A stretch of DNA of 64,000 nt from Lachnospiraceae bacterium (GTDB taxonomy: Bacteria; Bacillota; Clostridia; Oscillospirales; Ruminococcaceae), in NCBI GenBank assembly GCA_023664705.1, contig JAMPFE010000001.1:197230-261229 (forward strand), given 5' to 3'. The translations under genes were made by a program, and so were the position numbers. Positions 18,544 through 27,784 of the stretch are shown here, piece by piece (position 1 is the first letter of the stretch; every line of letters starts with the position of its first letter). The notes beneath the pieces were generated by a model. It had not been told where the DNA came from and did no database searches. It was given only the letters and a program-made list of their open reading frames with translations.

Positions 18544-19239
18544 TTGCCCGTGAGATATGTTGCAATGCCGCTCTTGATTTTTTTTGAAAAATATGGTATA
18601 ATACCGAATAGGGTTCGGCGGTTTGCCGACGATAAAGCGATCGTTAAGTTAACAGAGGTGTTTACTATTAAGATAAAAGGCATAGATATTAAGGAAACTT
18701 TCGCCGCTCTGAAAACCAAGGAGGGTAGGCGGGAGTTCTGCAAAAAGCACAAGGAGATAATCCTGTACTTCGTTTTCGGCATCGGGACGACCGTCATTTC
18801 AATGCTCTCGTATTATCTTTGCCGCGTGATTTTTCCCGACCAAGAGAGCGTTCCGAAATGGCTTTCGTGGATATTCAACATAACCTCGCGCTTCGGCATC
18901 GAGAGCAACACGGCGCTGCCCGTTATCGTTTCGTGGTTTTTGTCGGTGACGTTCGCGTTCCTCACCAACAGGGTGTACGTTTTCAACAGCACGGCGAACA
19001 CCGTCGGGAAGTTCCTCGTGGAGGCGCTTAAGCTCTACGCCTCGCGCATCGCCACGCTTTTCGTCGACCTGCTGATAATGTTCCTGCTCGTCGACCTGCC
19101 CGGCATCCACAACGTCATTTACGAGTTCTGCGCGAAGGTTTTCTCGAACGTTATCGTGCTTATACTTAATTATATACTAAGCAAGATATTTGTATTCAGA
19201 ATGAAACGGCCCAAGAAGAAGCGGGGTAAACAGCCATGA
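18544..19239 (+). CDS. GtrA-family membrane protein (start codon uncertain)
   Basis: Four TM helices with GtrA-like signatures (LYFVFGIGTTVIS..., FLTNRVYVFN, LNYILSKIFVF). The track start precedes the candidate promoter, so the true start probably lies between 18609 and 18740. No clean ATG/SD pair was seen there. Confidence 0.7.
   Translation: MPVRYVAMPLLIFFEKYGIIPNRVRRFADDKAIVKLTEVFTIKIKGIDIKETFAALKTKEGRREFCKKHKEIILYFVFGIGTTVISMLSYYLCRVIFPDQESVPKWLSWIFNITSRFGIESNTALPVIVSWFLSVTFAFLTNRVYVFNSTANTVGKFLVEALKLYASRIATLFVDLLIMFLLVDLPGIHNVIYEFCAKVFSNVIVLILNYILSKIFVFRMKRPKKKRGKQP
18574..18602 (+). promoter_or_regulatory. candidate extended -10 promoter upstream of the GtrA-like gene
   Basis: TTGATT, a 17-nt spacer whose last bases give TGG, then TATAAT (18597-18602). 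Confidence 0.5.
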
Positions 19240-19916
19240 GAATGAGAAGAAAGAAGAACCTCGACGAGCGCCTTGCCGCGTGCAAGCCCGTTCTGCTGCA
19301 TATGCAGTGCCAAAACGAGCACGCTAACGATCCGCTCTCCGAGGAGTTTTTCGTAAGCTCCGAGAAAACGTTCGGCAACGGTAATCCGCTCTATCTGGAG
19401 ATAGGCTGCGGAAAGGGCGGCTTCGCGGTGGAGTTCGCGCGGCAAAATCCCGATATAAACCTTATCGCGCTGGAGAAAACGCCGAACGTCCTTGTCACGG
19501 GCGCGGAGGAGCAAATGCGCCTGCAATTGCCGAACCTGCGCTTCTGCATGGGACAGGCGGAGTATCTCGACCATATGTTCCACGAGAACGCCGTCGACAG
19601 GCTCTTCCTCAATTTCAGCTGCCCATTCCCGAAAAACCGCTACGCCGTTCACCGCCTGACGCACGCGCGTTTCCTTGAAATTTACCGCAGAGTGCTGAAA
19701 AACGGCGCGGAAATTCATCAAAAGACCGACAATATGCACTTTTTCGAGTTCTCGATAGAGCAGTTTTCGGCTAACGGGTTTATGCTGCAAAATGTCTCGC
19801 TGGACCTGCATAACAGCGGCTTCGAGGGGAATATCGTCACCGAATACGAAAAGCGCTTCAGCGACCTCGGGCAGCCCATATACAGGCTCGAGGCGGTCAA
19901 CTTGGGGGCGCGATGA
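19236..19916 (+). CDS. trmB: tRNA (guanine46-N7)-methyltransferase
   Basis: LEIGCGKGGF SAM motif and PFPK motif. Overlaps neighbours by 4 nt on both sides. Confidence 0.88.
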   Translation: MRMRRKKNLDERLAACKPVLLHMQCQNEHANDPLSEEFFVSSEKTFGNGNPLYLEIGCGKGGFAVEFARQNPDINLIALEKTPNVLVTGAEEQMRLQLPNLRFCMGQAEYLDHMFHENAVDRLFLNFSCPFPKNRYAVHRLTHARFLEIYRRVLKNGAEIHQKTDNMHFFEFSIEQFSANGFMLQNVSLDLHNSGFEGNIVTEYEKRFSDLGQPIYRLEAVNLGAR

Positions 19917-20443
19917 TCGAATACAGAGAGTTAAATGAAGCGGAAATCAACAGGGAGTTATTCGCTGCCTTTATCCGTCGGCAGGTCGTTACGGACTGTT
20001 GGCGGCGGGTCAACGGCGAGTGGACGATAAAAAGCGACCCGTTCATCGACGACTGGAGCGAGGAAGATTACGCTGTTCTGATAAAATGCCTGAAAAACAC
20101 CGTCTCAAGCGGCGGCGTTGTGTACGGCGCGTTCGACGGCGGCGCGCTGAAGGGCTTTGCTTCGGTGGAGCCGCGGCTGTTCGGCGGCGAACAAAAGTAC
20201 CTCGACCTATCGAGTATGCATGTCTCGCAGGATCGACGCGGCAGGGGTATCGGACGGGCGCTGTTCGCGAGAGCGTGCGCGTGGGCAAGGGCTCACGGTG
20301 CGGAGAAGCTGTACATCTCAGCTCATTCGGCTGTGGAAAGTCGGGCGTTCTACACGGCTGTGGGCTGCGTTGAAGCGGTGGTTTACAACCGGGAGCACGT
20401 CCGCGCGGAGCCGTTCGACTGCCAGCTTGAACGAAAACTGTAA
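19913..20443 (+). CDS. GNAT-family N-acetyltransferase
   Basis: Motif A: VSQDRRGRGIGRALF. Confidence 0.8.
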   Translation: MIEYRELNEAEINRELFAAFIRRQVVTDCWRRVNGEWTIKSDPFIDDWSEEDYAVLIKCLKNTVSSGGVVYGAFDGGALKGFASVEPRLFGGEQKYLDLSSMHVSQDRRGRGIGRALFARACAWARAHGAEKLYISAHSAVESRAFYTAVGCVEAVVYNREHVRAEPFDCQLERKL

Positions 20444-20528
20444 CGGCATAATTCCGCAGGCGGCGGCGAATAATACACTTTACCGACGGTTATTTTGCAA
20501 AAAAATATTACGATAAGGAGATTTTGAT

Positions 20529-21542
20529 ATGAAAAAGCTTACGGGCAAGTTCCCGAGCGCGAGCGGGCTCTGCGACGCGCGTTTTTACATCTACACCCCC
20601 GAAAAGCCCAAGGCGGCGCTTATGCTGTCGCACGGCATGTGCGAGTATATCGAGCGCTACGAGGACTTCGCGGGATTCCTCTGCGGCAACGATATCGCCC
20701 TCGCGGGCAACGACCACATAGGTCACGGGAACTCGATAACGGACGAGGATATGCTCGGATATTTCGGTCAGGAGCGCGGCTATGTGAATATGGTGCGCGA
20801 CCTGCACAGAATGAAAGCGGTGCTGGAGCGGCAGTTCCCGAACATCCCCCACTTCCTTATGGGGCACAGCATGGGCAGCTTTCTGGCGAGGATTTATCTG
20901 TCGAAGTATTGCAGCGTTACCGTGGAGAACAGCGGCTGCGCCGACTGCACGAACGTCGACGATGCGGTCTGCGGCTATTGCGGAAGATATAACGTGCTCT
21001 CGGGCGGCGACCGCTGGAACGGCGCGGTCATAATGGGCACCGCGGGGGGCTTGACGGGCTCCGCGCCCTTGCGCCGTGCCTTGGACATCATGGCTCGCAA
21101 TCACGGCGACCTCTACCGACACGAGCTGGGCGCAAAGCTGGCTTTCGGATTTTTCAACCTGCGCACCGAGAACCGCCGCACGCCAAACGATTGGCTTTCG
21201 CGCGACGACGCCAACGTCGACAAATTCTGCGCCGACCCGAAGTGCAATTTCACGTTTACCGTCGCGGGCTTCCGCGACCTGTTGAACGCGCTGATGTGCG
21301 CGAACAGCAAGCCCGTTATCGAAAATACGCCCACCGACCTGCCGATGCTTTTCCTGAGCGGCGGAATGGACCCCGTGGGCGAATACGGGAACGGCGTGCG
21401 CAGCGCGGCGGCGAAATATCTCTCCCACGGCTGCGACGTAAACCTGCGCATTTACAGAGAGGCTCGCCACGAGCTGATATTCGAGCTCAACCGCGCCGAG
21501 GTAATGGAGGACATTCTGGAATTTCTTGTCAAAAGAATATAG
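20529..21542 (+). CDS. alpha/beta hydrolase (lysophospholipase / monoacylglycerol lipase-like) with a Cys-rich insertion
   Basis: HGMCEY...DHIGHGNS, GHSMGS nucleophile elbow, and C-terminal ARHEL. An extra segment containing CADC...CGYC follows the nucleophile helix. Confidence 0.85.
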   Translation: MKKLTGKFPSASGLCDARFYIYTPEKPKAALMLSHGMCEYIERYEDFAGFLCGNDIALAGNDHIGHGNSITDEDMLGYFGQERGYVNMVRDLHRMKAVLERQFPNIPHFLMGHSMGSFLARIYLSKYCSVTVENSGCADCTNVDDAVCGYCGRYNVLSGGDRWNGAVIMGTAGGLTGSAPLRRALDIMARNHGDLYRHELGAKLAFGFFNLRTENRRTPNDWLSRDDANVDKFCADPKCNFTFTVAGFRDLLNALMCANSKPVIENTPTDLPMLFLSGGMDPVGEYGNGVRSAAAKYLSHGCDVNLRIYREARHELIFELNRAEVMEDILEFLVKRI

Positions 21543-21707
21543 TTGAAAAAGTTGACAGTTGACAGTGTACAGTTGACAGTTATTGTATGGCTGAAAGCAG
21601 TCACGTTTGTAGCGACTCGGCAAATAAGCGCTTATCCGAGTGACAATAAACGTAATCTTCCGCATCATTACCTTAACTGTCAACTATCAACTGTAAACTG
21701 TAAACTT
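21541..21707. repeat. palindromic intergenic element, copy C (after the hydrolase stop codon)
   Basis: Arms are built from GTTGACAGT units (AAGTTGACAGTTGACAGTGTACAGTTGACAGTTA versus CCTTAACTGTCAACTATCAACTGTAAACTGTAAACTT) and about 31 of 37 positions are complementary. The core CACGTTTGTAGCGACTCGG..AAGCGCTT..CCGAGTGACAATAAACGT is homologous to copies A and B. Confidence 0.8.
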
Positions 21708-21710
21708 TGC

Positions 21711-21735
21711 AAAAGGGCGCTTTCCGCGCCTTTTT
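21711..21735 (+). terminator. intrinsic terminator after the hydrolase gene and element C
   Basis: AAAAGGGCGC-TTTCC-GCGCCTTTTT followed by CTTT. Confidence 0.6.
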
Positions 21736-21809
21736 CTTTGCCGCGGAATAATTCCCCCAAAAATTCCCATAATAAAAATACAAATTTAACTAAGTGGGGG
21801 TAGTAAAAA

Positions 21810-24125
21810 ATGGCAAACCAAAACATCACGCCGGGCTTTTCGGGGGAGGCTGCGGAGGCGCTCGGCAGCGCAATGACCATCGCGGGGCAGATGGGTCACA
21901 CCTATATCGGCAGCGAGCACCTGCTCTGCGCGCTCGCGAAGAACTCCGAGAGCGCCGCGGGAGTGCTCCTCGCGCGGCAGCAGATACGCTTCCGCGACCT
22001 TATTTTGCAGCTCAAGGACAGGGCGGGCATAGGGCGGAGCGTGGAGCTTAACGAAAAGGATTTCTCGCCGAGACTGAAAAAGCTGCTTACAAACGCGCGT
22101 TCCTATGCCGTTTCCAAGAACGATAAATACGTCGGCACGGAGCATATCCTGCTCGCGCTACTCACCGACCGCGACTGCACAGCCTACGCGATACTTGCCG
22201 AGCAAAGCTCCGACACAGTCTCGCGGCTTTATAGCAACGTTTCCGCGCGGAGCTACGACAGCCCCTGCTTTGACAACGCGCCGAAAAAGCCTGAAAAGTC
22301 CGCGAAAAGACCCGAAAACGTCCGCAGCGAGTTCCCGATGCTGACAAAATACGGCAGAGAGCTCACCGCCGAGGCGCGCGAGGGCAAGCTCGACCCCGTT
22401 ATCGGGCGCGATACCGAGACGGAGCGCATGGTGCAGATACTCCTGCGCCGCAGCAAAAACAACCCTTGCCTTATCGGAGACGCGGGCGTCGGCAAGACCG
22501 CCGTCGCGGAGGGCTTTTCGCAGCGCATCGCCAACGGCACAGTGCCGCCCGAGCTTGCCGAAAAGCGCGTGTTTGCCCTTGATCTTTCGGCAATGCTCGC
22601 GGGCGCGAAGTACCGCGGCGACTTCGAGGAGCGCTTGAAGGGCGTGCTGGACGAGGCGGTCTCAAATCCCTGCGTTATCCTGTTTATCGACGAGATTCAT
22701 ATGATAGTCGGCACGGGCGCGGCGGAGGGCGCTATCGACGCGGCGAGCATTTTAAAGCCGCTGCTGGCGCGGGGAAAGATATGCCTTATCGGGGCGACGA
22801 CCACAGACGAGTACCGCCGCTTTATCGAAAAGGACAGCGCGCTGGAGCGCCGTTTTCAGCCGATATGCGTGGAGCAGCCCGACGAGGCGGCTGCCGTTAA
22901 TATTCTCTCGGGACTGCGCCCGCGCCTTGAGGAGCACCACCGCGCCGTTATCACGGACGAGGCGATAAAGGCTGCCGTCAAGCTTTCGGAGCGCTATCTG
23001 AACGACAGGCGGCTCCCCGACAAGGCGATAGACCTTATCGACGAGGCAGCCGCGAGAGCCCGCACGGAGCGGCTTGCCGTAAGACCTAAGCTGTTTGCGG
23101 GAGTGCCCAAGCGCGAGCGCGTTATCGTCGGCGCGGAGGACGTCGCCAAGGCGGTCTCCGCGATAACGGGGATACCCGCCGCGCGGCTCTCCGAGGATGA
23201 AAGCGAGCGCCTGTCCAACCTCGAGAGCCTGCTGAAAAAGCGCGTTATCGGGCAGGAAAAGGCGGTCTCGCTCGTCGCGAACGCCGTCCGCAGAGGGCGC
23301 GCGGGCTTGAAGGATCCCGAGCGCCCCATAGGCTCTTTTCTGTTCCTCGGGCAGACGGGGGTCGGCAAGACGGAGCTCTCGAGGGCGCTCGCGGAGGGCG
23401 TTTTCGGCGACCCCAAGCGGCTTATACGCTTTGATATGTCCGAGTTTATGGAGCGGCACTCCGTAAGCAAGCTGATAGGCTCGCCGCCCGGATATGTAGG
23501 CTACGGCGAGGAGGGCAGGCTGATAAAGGAGGTGCGCTCCCGTCCGTATTCGGTGGTGCTGTTCGACGAGGTGGAAAAGGCGCACGCCGACGTGCTCTGC
23601 ATACTTTTGCAGATACTCGAGGACGGAAAGCTCACCTCCTCGGACGGGCGGGTCGCCGACTTCAAAAACACCGTTATAATCCTCACGGGCAACATCGGCG
23701 CGGAGGAGCTTAAGCGCAATCACCTCGGGTTCGGCAGCGAAAAGGGCGGCAGCGCGGACGTGCTCGGGGCGCTGAAAAATCAGTTCCGCCCCGAGCTGCT
23801 TAACCGTATCGACAGCGTTGTGGTGTTCGAGAGCCTTACCCCCGAAAGCATGGAGGAGATATGCGTGAAAATGCTGAACAACGTCGCGCGGAGAGCGCGC
23901 TCGCGCGGCATAGAGCTCACGTTCGGCGAAAGCGTAGCAAAGCGCCTTTGCGAGAGCGTCCGCGAGGAGGGCATGGGCGCGCGCCCTCTCCGCAGAAAAA
24001 TAACGACCGATATAGAGGATATGCTTTCAAAGCGCATTATCTCGGGGGAGCTGCCGCAGCGCTGCCGCGCGGAGGTTTGCGGTGGAAATTCCGGGTTCGA
24101 GGTAAGGGTTTTAGTCGATAATTGA
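21810..24125 (+). CDS. clpC: ClpC-like AAA+ ATPase (Clp protease ATP-binding subunit)
   Basis: Clp_N repeats and two AAA modules ([13 protein letters not shown] and [15 protein letters not shown]). Class I Clp/Hsp100 architecture. Confidence 0.88.
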   Translation: MANQNITPGFSGEAAEALGSAMTIAGQMGHTYIGSEHLLCALAKNSESAAGVLLARQQIRFRDLILQLKDRAGIGRSVELNEKDFSPRLKKLLTNARSYAVSKNDKYVGTEHILLALLTDRDCTAYAILAEQSSDTVSRLYSNVSARSYDSPCFDNAPKKPEKSAKRPENVRSEFPMLTKYGRELTAEAREGKLDPVIGRDTETERMVQILLRRSKNNPCLIGDAGVGKTAVAEGFSQRIANGTVPPELAEKRVFALDLSAMLAGAKYRGDFEERLKGVLDEAVSNPCVILFIDEIHMIVGTGAAEGAIDAASILKPLLARGKICLIGATTTDEYRRFIEKDSALERRFQPICVEQPDEAAAVNILSGLRPRLEEHHRAVITDEAIKAAVKLSERYLNDRRLPDKAIDLIDEAAARARTERLAVRPKLFAGVPKRERVIVGAEDVAKAVSAITGIPAARLSEDESERLSNLESLLKKRVIGQEKAVSLVANAVRRGRAGLKDPERPIGSFLFLGQTGVGKTELSRALAEGVFGDPKRLIRFDMSEFMERHSVSKLIGSPPGYVGYGEEGRLIKEVRSRPYSVVLFDEVEKAHADVLCILLQILEDGKLTSSDGRVADFKNTVIILTGNIGAEELKRNHLGFGSEKGGSADVLGALKNQFRPELLNRIDSVVVFESLTPESMEEICVKMLNNVARRARSRGIELTFGESVAKRLCESVREEGMGARPLRRKITTDIEDMLSKRIISGELPQRCRAEVCGGNSGFEVRVLVDN

Positions 24126-25265
24126 CATCGCTGTCAAATTCTTGCAGTTATCCAGCATACTCTCCGCGAAAACCGCGTAGCCGCGCGTGGGGTCGCTGAC
24201 CAGAACGTGCGTGACCGCGCCGACAAGCATGCCGTTCTGCAAAATCGGACTGCCGCTCATTCCGCGCACTATGCCGCCCGTTTTCTCCAGCAGCCCGCTG
24301 TCGGTGATCCTGATGACCATGCCCTTTGAGCCGTTTAAATCGAGCAGATTTATGCGCTCTATTTCAATGGAATATTCGCGCGGAGCGCCGCTGTCGACGG
24401 TCGTGAGCATCACAGCCTTGCCCGCCGAGACCTCCTGTCTGAACGCCACGGGCACCGTTTTGCCCTCGACGGGCGCGGAGAGCCTGCCGAAAACGCCCGC
24501 GGGGGTGTTGCCCGAAAGCTCTCCGATGTCGGAATTCGGCAATATAGCGCCGCAAAGCTCGCCCGCGCTGCCCTCCTTGCCCTTGACCACGTCGTAAATT
24601 TCCGCTTCGGTTATCTCGCCCGATTTAAGCGGCACAGCGCCGCCCGTCGTCACGTCGCTCACCGCGTGCCCGAGCCCGCCGAACATCATGGTCTCGGGGT
24701 CGAGAAACGTCAGCGTGCCTATGCCCGCGGCGCTGTCGCGCACCCAAGCGCCTATTTTAAGGAACCCGCCGCCGTCCTCGGGGACGAGATTTACGGACGC
24801 CTCGCCGCCGTTTCGGCGCAGTACTATATCGGTACCCTCGGGCGAGAGCTGCACCGCCTCGCTGAGCTCGGAGTTGGTGCGGACCTCTTCGCCGTTCACG
24901 GAGACTATCACGTCTCCCGCCTTAATCCCCGCCTTGTCCGCGGGGGAGTCCTCGGCTACCTCTATCACCATAACGCCGTCCGAGCGCACCTTTATGCCGA
25001 ACGGAGTGCCGCAGGGAATGACCGAGCGCCGCGGCTTTTCGGCGACCTCGGCGGTCTTTATCGGGAGCTCTCCCAGATAATAGGAAACGCCCTCCGCCGT
25101 CTGCCGCAGAACGACGGGAGAAAATCCTCCGCCCGAAAATCCCGCGCCCGTGTCGACGCTTATATCGCAGGGGAGCGCGGCGTAAAAATAGCCGAAAACC
25201 GCAATAAAAAGCGCCGTCAGCGCCGCCGCGGTCCCCGAAAATATTTTAAATTGTTTTCGCATCAT
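24111..25265 (-). CDS. spoIVB: SpoIVB peptidase (S55), stage IV sporulation signalling protease
   Basis: Signal anchor, a PDZ domain (EDSPADKAGIKAGDVIVSVNG), and the S55 catalytic region GMSGSPILQNGMLVGAVTHV. Start set at the MMRKQFKIF pair. Confidence 0.88.
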   Translation of the reverse strand: MMRKQFKIFSGTAAALTALFIAVFGYFYAALPCDISVDTGAGFSGGGFSPVVLRQTAEGVSYYLGELPIKTAEVAEKPRRSVIPCGTPFGIKVRSDGVMVIEVAEDSPADKAGIKAGDVIVSVNGEEVRTNSELSEAVQLSPEGTDIVLRRNGGEASVNLVPEDGGGFLKIGAWVRDSAAGIGTLTFLDPETMMFGGLGHAVSDVTTGGAVPLKSGEITEAEIYDVVKGKEGSAGELCGAILPNSDIGELSGNTPAGVFGRLSAPVEGKTVPVAFRQEVSAGKAVMLTTVDSGAPREYSIEIERINLLDLNGSKGMVIRITDSGLLEKTGGIVRGMSGSPILQNGMLVGAVTHVLVSDPTRGYAVFAESMLDNCKNLTAMSIID

Positions 25266-25455
25266 TATGTTGACTGCCTTTCGTTTGTAGTTGAGCGCCG
25301 CGCGGAAAGCTCCGCTTGGGCTCGCTATCATATTTTTTGCGGAACGCCGCCCGTTATCAAAGGAAATATAGGACTGAGATTTTAAGTTTTGCCGCCAAAA
25401 ATTCGGCGAAATTCACGCAAAAATACCGCCGCGCTTATTTACGGAAATAAACCCC

Positions 25456-25484
25456 TTGACATTTTCCCGAAAAAGCGGTATAAT
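25456..25484 (+). promoter_or_regulatory. perfect sigma-A consensus promoter about 370 nt upstream of rnj
   Basis: TTGACA (25456-25461), a 17-nt spacer, then TATAAT (25479-25484). Confidence 0.7.
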
Positions 25485-25799
25485 AATAGATATGTATTTT
25501 CCCGAAAAAGGAAATTCATTTGTAAAATTTTGGAATTTTGAGGCTCCGCCTCTTATTTATATTATCAATTTGTCGTCAAAAAAGGTTTTACAAAATGCCC
25601 GACATTATTTTAAACCCGAAACGCGGACGTTATGAGTTTTGGGTTTTGTAAAATATTGCCAACTATACATAAGGTACGCCGAAAATTGCGCAAGATCTTG
25701 AACTAAAGGGCGAATACGCGATGTTTGCCGAATAATTCTTTGCCAATGCCGCAATTTGATTTAACTCGTTTTGACGCAAAAATATATCATTCAGGGCAA

Positions 25800-25839
25800 T
25801 TGTGCAAAATTCGGGGAGATTTTTGTGGATTTTGCACAA
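25800..25839 (+). promoter_or_regulatory. perfect 11-bp inverted repeat (leader hairpin or operator) just 5' of the rnj SD
   Basis: TTGTGCAAAAT (25800-25810), 18 nt, ATTTTGCACAA (25829-25839). The SD AGAAAGGA starts at 25842. Confidence 0.6.
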
Positions 25840-25855
25840 ACAGAAAGGATTTTTT

Positions 25856-27775
25856 ATGGGATTATTGTCGAATAACAAATTGCTGACGGAAACGGAAAAC
25901 ATTGCGAAAAAGAGAACCGCTCCGAGAGCCGCGTTTTCAACTCCGCAGACGGCTCCGAAAAAGACTTACCGCGGCGCGGCTCCCGCTCCCGCGAGAAAGG
26001 TCAGACAGACGGGAGCTCCCGTGCTGACCGATAACAGAGCCCCCGCCGCGCCGAAGACTCCCGTGCTCGGACGCGCCAAGCCGCGCCCAGTCGAGAAAAA
26101 GCCGCGCGAAAGCAGAAGCACCCCCGTAAGGTTCATGGCGCTCGGCGGCTTGAACGAGATAGGAAAGAACTTGTACGTATACGAGTGCAGCAGCGATATG
26201 TTTATCGTGGACTGCGGTCTGGCGTTCCCCGACGAGGATATGCTCGGCGTGGATCTTGTAGTGCCCGATTTCACTTATCTCGAAAAGAACAGGGAGCATT
26301 TCCGCGGCATCATTATCACGCACGGGCACGAGGATCACATCGGCGCGCTGCCGTATCTGCTCAAAAAGATAAACGTGCCTATCTACGGCACAAGGCTCAC
26401 GCTCGGGCTCGTCGAGGGCAAGCTTAAGGAGCACGGGCTGCTGTCGCAGGCGTCGCTTAACGTAGTGGAGCCGCGCCAGAACGTGCGCATGGGCTGTATG
26501 TCCGTGGAGTTTATCCGCGTGAACCACTCGATACCCGACGCGTGCGCGCTCGCCATACACACTCCCGCGGGCGTTATCGTGCACACGGGCGACTTCAAGG
26601 TCGACTACACGCCGATAGAGGGCGGCATTATCGACCTCGCGAGGTTCGGGGAGCTCGGCAACCGCGGCGTGCTCGCTTTGATGAGCGAAAGCACCAACGT
26701 GGAGCGCCCGGGCTACACGAAATCCGAGCGCTCTGTCGGCGAGAGCTTTAAAGGGCTGTTCGCGAGAGCGGAGGGAAAGCGCATCATAATCGCGACCTTC
26801 TCCAGCAACATCCACCGCATACAGCAGATAATCGACGAGGCTGTAAAGCACGGGCGGCGCGTTGCCGTTTCGGGCAGGAGCATGACGAACGTCATCTCGA
26901 AGGCTGTGGAGCTGAACTACATCAGAGTCCCCGACGGCACGCTCATCGACATCGAGGACGTCAACAAATACGACCCCGCCGAGCTGGTCATAGCGACAAC
27001 GGGCTCGCAGGGAGAGCCGCTTTCGGCGCTGTCGAGAATGTCCAGCGGCGACCACAGACAGGTCACGATAACCCCCAACGACCTTATCATCATTTCCGCG
27101 AACCCCATTCCAGGCAACGAAAAGCTCGTCACGAAGGTAGTCAACGAGCTTATGAAGCAGGGCGCGGAGGTCATTTACGAGAGCATGTACGAGGTGCACG
27201 TTTCGGGTCACGCCTGCCAAGAGGAGCTGAAGATGATGATATCGCTCACCAAGCCGAAATTCTTCGTTCCCATTCACGGCGAGTACAAGCATATGAAAAA
27301 GCACGTTATTCTCGCGACGGGCATGGGAATACCCGAGGAGAACACGTTCATCGCCGACCTCGGGGACGTTCTCGAAACGGACGGCGTTGAAATGAAGCTC
27401 ACGGGCACCGTTCCGAGCGGAAAGGTGCTTGTGGACGGCTTCGGGGTCGGCGACGTCGGGAGCGTCGTTCTGCGCGACAGAAAGCACCTCGCCGAGGATG
27501 GCGTTATGATAATCGTGGCGACAATGGAGCGCGAGACGGGCAGAGTCGTCGCGGGACCCGACATAGTGTCGAGGGGCTTTGTGTACGTCCGCGAGAGCGA
27601 GGCGCTCCTCGACGAGGCAAAGCAGCTTATGATACAGACCATGGAGGAGCTGCACGACAGAAACGTCCGCGAGTGGGGCAATATAAAAAGCGCGATGCGC
27701 GACGCGCTCTCGGAGTTTATCTACAAGGAGACAAAGCGCAGCCCGATGATACTGCCTATCATTATGGAGATATAG
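25856..27775 (+). CDS. rnj: ribonuclease J with basic low-complexity N-terminal extension
   Basis: Metallo-beta-lactamase HGHEDH, beta-CASP and C-terminal domains. The catalytic core starts near VRFMALGGLNEIGKN. The preceding ~95 aa are Pro/Ala/Lys/Arg-rich. Start chosen at the ATG with an SD. Confidence 0.88.
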   Translation: MGLLSNNKLLTETENIAKKRTAPRAAFSTPQTAPKKTYRGAAPAPARKVRQTGAPVLTDNRAPAAPKTPVLGRAKPRPVEKKPRESRSTPVRFMALGGLNEIGKNLYVYECSSDMFIVDCGLAFPDEDMLGVDLVVPDFTYLEKNREHFRGIIITHGHEDHIGALPYLLKKINVPIYGTRLTLGLVEGKLKEHGLLSQASLNVVEPRQNVRMGCMSVEFIRVNHSIPDACALAIHTPAGVIVHTGDFKVDYTPIEGGIIDLARFGELGNRGVLALMSESTNVERPGYTKSERSVGESFKGLFARAEGKRIIIATFSSNIHRIQQIIDEAVKHGRRVAVSGRSMTNVISKAVELNYIRVPDGTLIDIEDVNKYDPAELVIATTGSQGEPLSALSRMSSGDHRQVTITPNDLIIISANPIPGNEKLVTKVVNELMKQGAEVIYESMYEVHVSGHACQEELKMMISLTKPKFFVPIHGEYKHMKKHVILATGMGIPEENTFIADLGDVLETDGVEMKLTGTVPSGKVLVDGFGVGDVGSVVLRDRKHLAEDGVMIIVATMERETGRVVAGPDIVSRGFVYVRESEALLDEAKQLMIQTMEELHDRNVREWGNIKSAMRDALSEFIYKETKRSPMILPIIMEI

Positions 27776-27784
27776 TTAAACGCC

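Noticed and set aside
21550-21590. Tandem GTTGACAGT / TAGTTAGT short repeats, considered as a possible CRISPR array or other tandem-repeat locus.
   Set aside because: The units are only about 9-10 nt with no spacers. They occur as the two complementary arms of a palindromic element, and no cas genes are present. They are better explained as hairpin arms.
25663-25902. A 79-aa minus-strand ORF in the AT-rich spacer upstream of rnj.
   Set aside because: It lies in an AT-rich intergenic region, has no SD, overlaps the rnj leader inverted repeat and start, and its composition is typical of random AT-rich translation (F/N/K/I-rich).
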